Shown here piece by piece: positions 52,601-64,000 of a stretch of 64,000 nt of DNA. A program made the position numbers and the translations under genes. The notes beneath the pieces were generated by a model that was not told where the DNA came from, made no database searches, and worked only from the letters and a program-made list of their open reading frames with translations. The stretch is from Eledone cirrhosa. Its lineage: Eukaryota. Position 1 is the first letter of the stretch. Every line of letters starts with the position of its first letter. The stretch is taken from positions 78,120,001-78,184,000 of the forward strand of contig OZ024743.1 in NCBI GenBank assembly GCA_964016885.1, written 5' to 3'.

Positions 52601-54739
52601 AAACCGGGTCCCTGTCTATGAGTTCTGTCAAGGTTGATCATGCAGGTCACTAACTTGTGGTCTGAATAGCCAACCATGCGCATTTTTGGACAACTTAAAA
52701 AGTCCTTATCCTTAATTCTAACTAAGAACCTATCTAGGTACGACCTAGATGATCCGCTACGATTTGCCCAAGTCCAGGTTGGCGCAGTCGGAAAATCTAG
52801 TCGATATCTATCGGCCAGGTCAAATCGACCGATTAACCCTTTGAGGCTATTACACCCCTCTCTATCGGGACAGGCCCCTACGTAGTCCCAGCGTGCATCT
52901 AGGATACCATTCCAGTCCCCCACTAATAGCAAGGAGCGGGACGTCCCTAGAAAAGTCTCCAGACGATGGAAGAAGTCCGGCCGCATTGACGCGAAAGGGC
53001 CGTAGGCGGCTACCAACCTAAACGCTCCGCCTTTAGGTTGGTAGCCGCCAAGGTCCAGAACCACTAGTCGACCCTCCGGGTCCAAATGTACCATCTGTGT
53101 TGCGAGACCCAGATGTTTTTGCAGCAGAACGACAACTCCACCCCCACCTCCGGGCTGACAGAGAGATGCGTGCATCTCAAAGTCATCAAAGGTGGGGGTC
53201 AGCTGTCGCACGTTGCTGATCCGGGCCTCGCAAATAACCATCACATCTATACGTTGTGACCTGAGGTCATTTAGAAGCATTGCTTGCTTCCAAGTTGAGC
53301 CCAGGCCACGCGCATTTAAACAGCCTACTCTTAGCATAGCCATGTTGGTGGTGAAGAGAAAAGGCACTTACCTCTCTGCGTCCCGGGTATCGGGCTGCAC
53401 AATTTCCATTAGGGTGGGGGATGGGTTGTTGGGTGGGGTGGTGGTTTGTGGAAGTGTAGGGGCATCAGTGTGTTGTGTGGTTGGGGAGCTTGGAGTTGTG
53501 TGGGTGTTTTGGGAGGGGGTGGGGTAGTTTTTTAGGAGGACGCGGTTAATGGGCCCGAGGCAGGGGGACCCACGTCCTCTTTAAAATTGTTTTTTAAAGT
53601 TTTATAGGTGTCCTGTGGGGCCTTAATCATTTTGAGGTGGGGGAAATCCCTGCCTGGGTGAAGTTAGGCCCTTGTGTTTTTATTAGATTGTTGTTGTACA
53701 CAATGTTTAACAGTTTTTTGTTTCTTGTGTTTATGTATGTGTATGCATGTTTTTGTTTTTGTGTGGTGTTTTTTGTTTGCTGTTGTTGTGAGCTCTTTTG
53801 TGTTGGTGTCAGTGTTATGTTTTGGGGAGGGGTTGTTTTCATTTGTGTGTCTGAGGTGTGTTTTCTTTTTTTTCTTCTGATTGTGTGGAAGTGCTCCTCC
53901 TCGTCTAACGACGAACTAGGGTCATCTTCCGCGTTGGAGGGGAGGGGTATATTTTCGGGTTATGTTTGCGGTGCGGGTGTTTTGGAAATTGTTTTTGTTT
54001 TTTGAGTGGAGGGGATGGGTTGGACATTGTTTTGTTTTGGTTTGAGCTGTGGTGGTTGTTTTTGTAGTGGTAGTTGTGGTGATTGTGTTGGTTGTGCAGT
54101 TGTTGGTGGTGTAGGCAGGATTGGGGTTTTCTTATTAAGTTGGGGACAGACAGCCCTCAGGTGACATCTGGTTCCGCAGAGGTAACACGAGGGCCGTCTA
54201 CCCTCAACGGTAATGTTGATGAAGGTTAGATCATCCAGTATGACGCGTTCAGGGATCTGGGCGATCCTTTCGGGCCTCATTTGAACTACAAGTTCGAGGC
54301 TCGTTCCACTGAACGCGTCACCCGATGCCTTTCCCATGGACACCAGCATGTCATCCTCCAGGTCCAGGAAACCTGTCAAAACCCACCATATGTCCATAAT
54401 CGGCAGGATGGTGTGGATTTTTATTTTTTGTGTTCTTCTACCCATGTACGTAGGGTAGAAGGTGTATGCGGTGGATGTGATTGGTTTGATGGACAGTTTC
54501 ACTGCTGTGTCCCTGTCCTTCATGAGAATGGATAGACTCCCGTAGAGTCTATCCTTCTGAATGAAGGTGATGTCCTTCATGACGTCTTTTAAAACCAGCT
54601 CTATCTCACTCTGTGATGGTTGAGCTGGTTTTTTACTTTTGTTCGAGATTGTCCTAAACATGACCGTGTTTAGGAGTCTCTGGCTTTTTGGTTCCGGGGG
54701 GAATGGATTGTGAATGAACCATTTTCTCCGTACACTATA
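49624..54739 (-). mobile_element. Tx1/L1-clade LINE, near full length
   Basis: ORF1 53960-54661 with CYLCGTRCHLRAVC knuckle; ORF2 53367 to about 49902 with APE (LNARGL, GDWN, SYLDRF, SDH), GPGFWKLN, RT (KSPGLDG, FRPITLLN, DQSKAFDRV, RQGCPLS, YADD), KGGLG, ETVAHALVHC; 20-bp TSD-like flanks. Confidence 0.95.
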
Positions 54740-54828
54740 TATTTGAAAAAAATAGATACACTATAGGTATTTGAAAAAAATAGATAGATAGATAGATAGA
54801 AGTGTACCAAACACACACACACATTTCT

Positions 54829-54954
<126 letters not shown>

Positions 54955-55001
54955 CTCTTGCGTTGGAAAGAAGGTCAATTATATGTACAAACACTGAAAA
55001 A

Positions 55002-55048
55002 TGCTCCGAAGATATCAAGCCTAGGTTTGGATGAAACAATTGTAAGTG
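55002..55048 (+). ncRNA. Hammerhead-like motif, CCGAAGA core
   Basis: tgct-CCGAAGA-tatcaagcctaggtttggat-GAAA-caattg-TA-agtg; downstream 55085-55250 matches 18400-18575. Confidence 0.5.
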
Positions 55049-55359
55049 AATAAATGCTTTGAACATAGCTTTGATTCTTGTGAATTCTATATAACTGCTC
55101 TGTAGAACAACTGATGTTCTTACATTGAGATATTTATCTTACTGGTAATAAGGTAGTAATAAATTACTGACCTTCACTGTTTAAGGTTTAAAATATACAT
55201 AACTATAAAAAGTTTAAAATACACATAACCACAAATAGTATCCTTAATATTACATATATATATATACATACTCTTTTACCTGTTTCAGCCATCCGGCTGA
55301 GGCCATGCTGGGGCACCGGCCTTGCACATATATATATATATACATATATATATATCTCC

Positions 55360-55730
55360 TTCTCTGGTAAGTTTTACCAACAGGTCACTGGAATAGCCAT
55401 AGGCACAAGAATGGGCCCAAACTATGCCAAACTTTTCGTTGGCCTTGTTGAGGCCCGAACCTTTTCCCAGTACACCGGTCCCACGCCCGAACTGTACGGT
55501 CGTTACATCGACGACTGTATCGGAGCCACGACCCTCACCCGAGAACAGCTCGACTCCTTTCTCTCCTTCTTCTGCTACTTCCACCCCTCCCTCCACTTCA
55601 CCACCTTTATCTCCACCACCCACGTCCACTTCTTGGACATCTCCATCGCCATCAACCCCTCGCATCACTCCCTCGTCACCTCCGCCTTCTTCAAACGTAC
55701 CGACTCCCACTCCTACCTCGACTTCAGCCC
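55360..55730 (+). mobile_element. PLE reverse transcriptase fragment (Neptune-like)
   Basis: FYQQVTGIAIGTRMGPNYAKLFVG..YGRYIDDCIG..HPSLHFT..FLDISI..TDSHSYL. Confidence 0.85.
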
Positions 55731-56337
55731 TCCCCTGGTCGGTAAAATAAAGAACCAGTAATACACTGACATCGATTTAATCGACCCCCCCCCCAAAAAA
55801 AAAATTACTGGACTTGTGCTTAATGTAGAAATCATTATTATAGTCATTTGTCAAGGGCAGTGGATTGGCAGTATCGGTAGAGCGTCACACAACAGATTTG
55901 TGACATAGTTACAACTCTTTATGTTCTGAGTTCAAATCCCACCAAGGTTAGCTTTGCCTTTCATCCTTACGTGGTCGATAAATAAAGTACCAGTAATGCA
56001 CTGGGGTTGATTTAATCGACTTTCCCGTCCCCAAAATATTATTGGCCATATCTAAATCAGAAACCATTATTATAGTCATTTCTGATGGGACACACGTTTC
56101 ATAAAATAAAACTCCAAAGAAGTGAAATTGTTCATTACCAGTTTGTGATAAGGACATTTCATCTAAGTTATTTTTCTTAAATCTAATTTTCAGCCAATTT
56201 ATTGAATACAAGGCATGTGACTGAGTGGTCAAGATGTTGTACTCATGGTCATAGCCCCTTGGGTTCGATTCTTGGACAGGGTGGTACGTTGTATTTTTTA
56301 GAAAAATATTGTGTCATGGTGCCTTTTCTGCCAAGAG

Positions 56338-57028
56338 TATCAGCAATGGAAAGACCAATGGAATCCTTGTTTTCTTGGTCCAATCTAACAAGCAACAGAT
56401 AATATCAGCAATGGAAAGACCAATGGAATCCTTGTTTTCTTGGTCCAATCTAACAAGCAACAGATAATATCAGCAATGGAAAGACCAATGGAAACCTTGT
56501 CTCCTTGGTCCAATCTAACAAGCAACAGATAATATCAACAATGGAAAGACCAATGGAAACCTTGTCTCCTTGGTCCGATCTAACAAGCATCAGATAATAT
56601 CAACAATGGAAAGACCAACGGAAACCTTGTCTCCTTGGTCCAATCTAACAAGCAACAGATAATATCAGCAATGGAAAGACCAATGGAAACCTTGTCTCCT
56701 TGGTCCAATCTAACAAGCAACAGATAATATCAACAATGGAAAGACCAATGGAAACCTTGTCTCCTTGGTCCAATCTAACAAGCATCAGATAATATCAACA
56801 ATGGAAAGACCAACGGAAACCTTGTCTCCTTGGTCCAATCTAACAAGCATCAGATAATATCAACAATGGAAAGACCAACAGAAACCTTGTCTCCTTGGTC
56901 CAAGCAACAGATAATATCAACAATGGAAAGACCAACGGAAACCTTGTCTCCTTGGTCCAATCTAACAAGCAACAGATAATATCAGCAATGGAAAGACCAA
57001 TTGAAACCTTGTCTCCTTGGTCCAATCT
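56338..57028 (+). repeat. 65-bp minisatellite, about 10.5 copies
   Basis: Unit cagataatatcagcaatggaaagaccaatggaaaccttgtctccttggtccaatctaacaagcaa; follows the SINE head at 56211. Confidence 0.95.
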
Positions 57029-57313
57029 CATCATCAGATTGAATCAGTTTCATTCTTTTACTCAAAACAAGAAAGGAGGATGAGCTGACTCTAAGTTTAT
57101 TTTGGACTTGCAAACATACACACATACTCTCTAATATATATAGATACGTATATTCATATAATGAAGTACTTAAATATACACGTGTTTGTATACTTGTGTG
57201 TATACATAAATATATACAAATATATATATACACATATGTGCATATATATATATATGTACGTGTGTGCATATGTGTATGTGTATATATATATATACACTCA
57301 CACATGCATATGC

Positions 57314-57348
<35 letters not shown>

Positions 57349-58174
57349 TATATGTGTGTATATTTAGCATTTTATTATACTTACCTTATTATATGTGGCA
57401 TATTTAGGTGGTAGCTGCATTATCGATAATTCATCAGAGTCGACTGTAGTGTTGCCGTATATATTTGTGTTGTTGTTGAATTCATCTGTTAATGAGATGT
57501 CGGCCATGTTTATACCATCAATCTTGTCTGGATATTTATCTCTATTCTCTGAAGTTTCTTGGTTTAGTTTCATCTGTTTGAGCCACCTTAATTTCTTGTT
57601 AAAGTGTTTGTCACATTCTTGAACAATGTACTTTTCTTCGAGACATATAAGGTTTATATATATTCATTTTTCTCTTGGTGTGGTGATCTTAGTTATTTGT
57701 ATTAGGTTACGCTTATGTTTTTCTTGCTGACTTAATTCTCTGTAAATCTTTTTTATGCTTAGAATTAGTGTTCGTTTTAGCCTATGTGCTTGCTTTTGGG
57801 TAAGTTGTAATCTTCTTACATCGTTGTTGATGGTGTTGGTGTAAACTCGGGACGAGGCACTTTCTTTTATGAAGTGTAGTTGTCGTGATGTTATTGTTTT
57901 CGTAGGCAACAGAACATGGTGGTTTTCAGTATCTTGTTAGCCTGGCTAAGGCTTACGATATTTCGTTTCTGAATTTGTTTAGCAAGATTCTTTATCTGAA
58001 AACGTGTGTTGAAACCGATATTGTTATGCTTTGGTTAGGGTCATGTTGCCAATAAGAAACACACGCACCAGTTATTTTCACTCCAATTTATTATAAATTA
58101 AATTCATTAATTTAAGAATTTATAAATTTCCGGTTGGTTGGTTAGTTCCATAAGCGGGCGGTTGTTCATATATT

Positions 58175-58217
58175 GTCAAAGTTCTTTCGTCACACATTCC
58201 GTGGCCTCTTCAGTGAC
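58175..58217 (-). ncRNA. Type I hammerhead ribozyme in pLTR
   Basis: Minus: gtca-CTGAAGA-ggccacggaatgtgtgac-GAAA-gaac-TT-tgac. Confidence 0.7.
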
Positions 58218-61200
58218 TGGGGATTCTTTTCTTTGTTTTGTGCCTCTCCTTTGTTATGTCCTACGTCATCTTGTTTTTGAGTGTGTTGTGTGCTTAGTTT
58301 GCGCATGTGTTACATCCGGGTGTCTGTGTGTGTTTTTATTTGTTTATTTATTTGTTTATTTACATGTTACTGGTTGGTTGTTTGTGCTATGTGTGTGTGT
58401 GTGTTTTCATGTTGTCCTTAATTGTAAGTTGTGATGTTGCTATTCAATTCATGTTTTCTATTTAATTTTGGTTGGAGTTCATTTATGTTTATTGCCTCTG
58501 TGATTTGTCTAAACATTGCGCCTTTTCTGTGTGTAGATTCTATTTTTATTTCTATGTTCTCTAATTTGTCCTTATGGTCTATTTTAGCATGTTGGTGGAG
58601 TATTGATGATTCTTTTTTATCTTGAAGTTCTCGCCAGTGTTCATTTAACCGTTCTCCTATACTACGAGCTGTCTCACCTATGTACACTATATTCTTATCT
58701 TTACATTGTCCTTCAGTACATCTTATGCTATATACTACATTTCTAATTTTACAGTTAATATGGGGGATTAGTATACAGATTATGCATTTCTTATCTATAC
58801 AGGGAGGTCTTTGAAAAGGGTATTATTGCTAATAAGTGTTTTTATGGAGGTACCTGGTCTTTCTACTATCTTAATATTAAGTTTATGTTTATCTAGGGCC
58901 CTTCTAAATTTTTAAGCTAATTTACCTCTAGGGGTTGTATTGATGAACATTACACTCTGGTATTTATTGCTATGAGTTTATTCTATTAACCTTATTCCTA
59001 GTTCTTTTTATTCTATTCCAAATGTGCTCCTATACAAGGAGCAGGTCCCATTTGTATCATTATTTACCATTTTTTTCCATTTGGTTCTGGCTCCTCTATA
59101 TACTCTGAATTTATCTCTCTGATTGTAACCAGAGAACTGCATACGGCGGATGAAGTGTTGTATGTGTCTCTCTAGTTCTTTGGGGTTGCACATGCGGGAG
59201 ATGTTTCTCATCACCCGTACCAAATCCGCAATCAGTATGTTGATTTTGGTGTGATCCGAAACAGCTGAGTTTCGTTGGATCAGATATTTGGAAGTCATGG
59301 GTTTGGCATAATGGGAATGGAGGATTTGTTTTTTGTTATTAATGGTTTCTAACCAGAGCTCTGTATCTAGTACAGGTAATCGATGGTTGGGGGTGTTTGC
59401 TTGGGTAGTCTATAGTAACTCTAATACTCTGGTGGATGCTTTCCATAGTGTTTTTCTCTAATTCCTGACTGTTCTCTAGTGGGGGTGTTTTTACTACGAT
59501 GTTTATATCATCAACGTAGCGGGAGTACATTATCAGTGTTAAGAGGTTGCTGTCTTCTAATTGTTCTTTAAGTTTAAGTTTATGTTTATTGTCCCACCAT
59601 ACCATGAATAGGTTAGCTATGTCACCTGCAATGCTAACACCAATGGCTGCTCCCTCCTCTTGGGCATATGTTTTTCCTTTAAATTTGAACATATGTTCCT
59701 TAAGGGTTAATTTTATACTGGCCCCCACCGTATGTGCAATCATTTTCTTTAGTTGATCGTGGTTTTCGGGGGTCCGTATGGCTCTGGTCCACCTGTTGCA
59801 TCTTTCTGTGTGGGTTTTCTTGGCCATTGAGCTAATGGTAGGTGGTCTGCTTCTTGCTGGTCTTGTAGGGCACAGGTTGCTAAGGTCATATGTATCTAGA
59901 TAATCATTAATATAGGTAAGTTTAAGTAGGAGTCCCAGCTCACTGCTATCAATCCCACAGAATTCAACATTGTTCTCACTGATCATTTCTACGCATTTCT
60001 CCACAGCAAAATCCACGTCAATGGATGGATATAGGGACACAACATCCATACTACCTATTATACAGTTTGTTAGGTCCCTAGATCGGTTATTTTCGCTGAT
60101 TCTGCTGAGGAGGTCCTCCGTGCTGTCACATATATCTGGGGACATTTCAATGATGGGGCGTATGATCAGGGAGAGGAAGTAGGAAGGTCTGTAGTTACTA
60201 GCAATGTTAGCTCCACAGACTGGCTGTGTTTGTGGTCCTGTGACAAGGTCACTGCTCGTTTTATGGTCTTTTCGAAGCCCATACAACGCTGGCACGTCAT
60301 TGTTCCAGGCCTGGAAGTTGTTGGCAGCCATTTTATTGGGCTGCATTATGTTTGACCACATCATCATATGGGCATTGAGGGTTATCTCCCTATCCTCATG
60401 CTCTTGTGGTATTACTTCTCTTGTCTTAGTGATGTGGGGTTGCATTGCCTGGATGTTGTTTGACAGACTCTCAACCGACATTCTGCCAGACTTGTCTGTT
60501 GGAAAGCATGCAATCTCTCCATTACGCAAGCGCTGCATGAGCTTACGCAAGCCATTTGCAGATTTTTCTCCCAGTTGCTGGGCCTCCATTCTATTTTGCT
60601 TCTTGCTATACTGTTCTATAATATTTCTAAGTTTAGATCTAGCTATACTAAATTGTGCTTCTGTGTGTTCATCGACCTGCGACGGCAATTGCGTGCGTTT
60701 GTTAAAAGCTAAAGTCGTGGCGTGGACTCGTCGTAGGTCGAAGGACACATGGGAAGGATTATAAAGAGTAGAATTACAGGCTGCTGCTTTATGTGTACTA
60801 TTGCTATTGTTAGTTGTGTTGTTTCTATTTCTATTTCCACCAATAGCCTCATGGTTGATTCTATGTCTCTCATTATTACTCCTGTCTCTTTCCTCTGGCT
60901 CATTGTTATTATCTACTCTATTTTGTGTGTCTGTGTGTTCGTCCTAGTTATTTTCTCTGTCAGTATCGATAGTCTCCCTTCTCCTTTCAATCCCATTAAC
61001 TTCCCTTACTTCTGTGTTACTGTCATTACCTGTTTTCTGTGTCTGTGTGTTAGTTAAGATTGTGGTGGTGGTTAGAGGCATAGTATGTGTGTGTTGTTGT
61101 TGTTGTTGATGTGTGTTGTTGTTGTTGTTGATGTGTGTTGTTGTTGTTTCCGTGTATGTTATTATTGTTGATGTGTGTTGTTGTTGTTATCGTTGTTTGT

Positions 61201-61835
61201 GTCTGTTGTTGTTGTCTCTGAGTATGTTATTATTGTTGATGTGTGTTGTTGTTGTTATCGTTGTTTGTGTCTGTTGTTTTGGGGATGTGTGTTGTATGTG
61301 TGTGTGTGCGTATGTTGTTACTTTTGTTTTTGATTTTGAGGCTCCAACGTAATTTTGTAAATGATTTTTCTATTTCTGACAAGCATTTTATCATATTTAC
61401 CTTATTATATGTGGCATATTTAGGTGGTAGCTGCATTATCGATAATTCATCAGAGTCGACTGTAGTGTTGCCGTATATATTTGTGTTGTTGTTGTTGAAT
61501 TCATCTGTTAATGAGATATCGGCCATGTTTATACCATCAATCTTGTCTGGATATTTATCTCTATTCTCTGAAGTTTCTTGGTTTAGTTTCATCTGTTTGA
61601 GCCACCTTAATTTCTTGAAAAATGTACTTTTCTTCGAGACATATAAGGTTTATATATATCAATTTATCTTTATCTGAAAACGTGTGTTGAAACCGATATT
61701 GTTATGCTTTGGGAGGGTCATGTTGCCAATAAGAAACACACGCACCAGTTGCTTTCACTCCAATTTATTATAACTTAAATTTATAAATTTCCGGTTGGTT
61801 GGTTGGTTCCATAACCGGACGGTTGTTCATATATC

Positions 61836-61878
61836 GTCAAAGTTCTTTCGTCACACATTCTGTGACCTCTTCAGTGAC
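61836..61878 (-). ncRNA. Type I hammerhead ribozyme in pLTR
   Basis: Minus: gtca-CTGAAGA-ggtcacagaatgtgtgac-GAAA-gaac-TT-tgac. Confidence 0.75.
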
Positions 61879-62129
61879 TGGAGATTTTTTCTGTTTTGTC
61901 CTACGCCATCTTGTTTTTGTGTGTGTTGTGTGCTTAGTTTGCGCATGTGTTACATCCGGGTGTCTGTGTGTGTATTTATTTGTTTATTTATTTACATGTT
62001 ACTGGTTGGTTGTTTGTTCTATGTGTGTGTTTTCATTTTGCATTATTTATACTGGCCTTTTACATTTGAAGTTCAAATCCCACCGATGTAAATTTTACCT
62101 TTCATCCTTCCAGGATCGATAAAATATAC

Positions 62130-62161
<32 letters not shown>

Positions 62162-62688
62162 TTCTGTGTTTAATATCAGCTTTGACCCGGGTGTCCTACG
62201 CTGTGTGTGTGTGTGCGTGTGTGTCTGTGTATACATTTATATGTGTATGGGTGTACGTGGTTGTATATGTCTGTATATAAAAAAATATATATATACGTAT
62301 ACCGTCTCTGCATATGCATGTGGTGTGTATATGTGCATATACGTGCTGAACATATTGGTGTGTATAATCTTGTGATGTCCCAATGCGGTGACTTCATGGC
62401 TCTTGAAGCTATTTTTTATATATCTTTTGTCTTTTTATATATCTTTTGTATGCGCTCCAACTGTGTCTGCTTGCTTTGGCTAACCCGCCTGCACCTTGCT
62501 TTCGGCCTCTCGCTACTGCACGTGAATTCTCCTACCTTCCTTCGATGTACCTCTGTTTGACCATTGGACTCCTGCCCGGGTGTGAACCGGTTTGTGATTA
62601 CCCCACCGCTCAACTGTGTGAATGCACACCCGTGACTTTCGAGTGAACTTTTGAGACTGCCCAACCTGGGACGCCTCCATTGCCTTGC

Positions 62689-62850
62689 AATGGTCAAGTG
62701 ATACTGGTGACTGTGACACTTAGTGCCTTCGTGGGCCCCTGATATTTTCAAGAAATATATTCTAAAAAAATGGTCAAGTGATACGGATAACTGTGACACT
62801 TAGTGCCTTCGTGGGCCCCTGATATATTCAAGAGATATATTCTAAAAAAA
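62689..62850. repeat. 80-bp tandem duplication
   Basis: aatggtcaagtgatac..gacacttagtgccttcgtgggcccctgata occurs twice. Confidence 0.85.
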
Positions 62851-63612
62851 AATATATATCTTATCTCAATTTACTTTATTTTATTTTATTTTATTTCATT
62901 TCATTTTATTTAATTTTATTTATTTATTTATTTAATCTCATTCATTCATTTATTTATTTATTTATTTACTTATTTATTTATTTATTTATTTATTTAATTT
63001 TAATTTTAATTTTAATTTTATTTATTTATTTAATTTTAATTATATTTATTTATTTATTTATTTATTTAATTACATTTAATTATATCTTTAATTATATCTT
63101 ATATTATATTATTTTACCTTAGTCTATTTTATTTTATTTTAGTTTACCTTATTTTATCTTATTTTATGATTATATTATATTATGTTCTATTTTATATAAT
63201 TTTAATTTTAATTTTATATTATTTTATTTCATTCCTTACCCTGTATCACTATTATCTGTATATTTTATATTTTATATGTATGTTTGTTATATTTTTTTAT
63301 ATTTTCTTATATATATTATAAGTCTGTTTTTCACCTATTTTTTACCTACTCTTACCTAATCCTATCTATCTTATCTACTCTTGTCTGTTCTCTTATCCAT
63401 GTGTATGCTTGTATGTAACTATATGTTGACAGCACCCCGCCCAACTGTGACTGATAGCACCCCTTATTTTTCATTGTTTATTTTATTATTTTTATTTTTA
63501 TTTTTATTTTTATTTTTACTTTTACTTCCTTAATATCCTTTATCTTCTATTATTTTTCATTCTTCAATGTCTTGGATTTGTTATTGCTTGTGTGGTATGT
63601 AATTAACCTTTA

Positions 63613-63658
63613 TGCTCTGATGAGTCCCACTTATAGTGCGGATGAAACAATGTTAGCA
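63613..63658 (+). ncRNA. Type I hammerhead ribozyme
   Basis: tgct-CTGATGA-gtcccacttatagtgcggat-GAAA-caatg-TT-agca; follows a long T-rich tract and precedes (TC)n(TA)n. Confidence 0.78.
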
Positions 63659-63842
63659 AGTAAAGATATGCATATGCTATAGGCGTTCTTTGTTATTTAT
63701 TATATCACGGCTCTGTCCTCAGACATCGAGCTAACCTTATACTGCCTGCTGGATAAGTGGAGTGTTATACACCCCTGATCCTCTCCCTAGTATACATATT
63801 TATATACATTTAAGTGTGTGTATACACATATATGTAGATAAA

Positions 63843-63914
<72 letters not shown>

Positions 63915-64000
63915 TATGTCTGTGTGTGTGTGTATATATATATATGTGTGTGTGTGTATGTAAGGATGGATATATAAACAGATCTGTATATATACTTAAA

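Larger units (their letters stand above)
57365..62040 (-). mobile_element. Penelope-like element, partial tandem, decayed
   Basis: RT 59339-60748 (TDKSG, LYGLRKDHK, SMDVVSLYPSI, GAAIG, RYVDD); GIY-YIG 58418-58750 (VY..YIGETARS..ERLNEH); direct repeats about 57985-58410 and 61665-62040, and 57375-57660 and 61395-61660. Confidence 0.9.

Noticed and set aside
56338-57028. CRISPR-like array
   Set aside because: Units repeat in full with no unique spacers, no cas genes, eukaryotic context
57000-57050. CTGATGA on the minus strand at the minisatellite end
   Set aside because: No GAAA or stem III at the required position

Overview
AT-rich, microsatellite-laden animal genomic DNA; the repeat landscape suggests an octopus or other cephalopod (inference). 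The only host gene is the 3' half of an SLC22/organic-cation-transporter-like MFS gene on +, with four exons (1198-1467, 39313-39527, 40417-40525, 41411-41621) and a 37,845-bp intron. The rest is nested mobile DNA: RTE, Tx1/L1, CRE and R4 LINEs, several Penelope-like elements (PLEs, including a near-intact Naiad-type copy), a Helitron with STPR-like repeats, a Merlin transposon plus MITE, and tRNA-derived SINEs. The main hidden signal is about 21 type-I hammerhead ribozyme (HHR) motifs from about 12 sequence families, all found by eye. They include non-canonical cores (UUGAUAA, CCGANGA), an ORF-less 595-nt HHR tandem resembling a retrozyme, and fold-back palindromes inserted in (TA)n tracts. 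Nothing was computed; folds and family assignments are manual.
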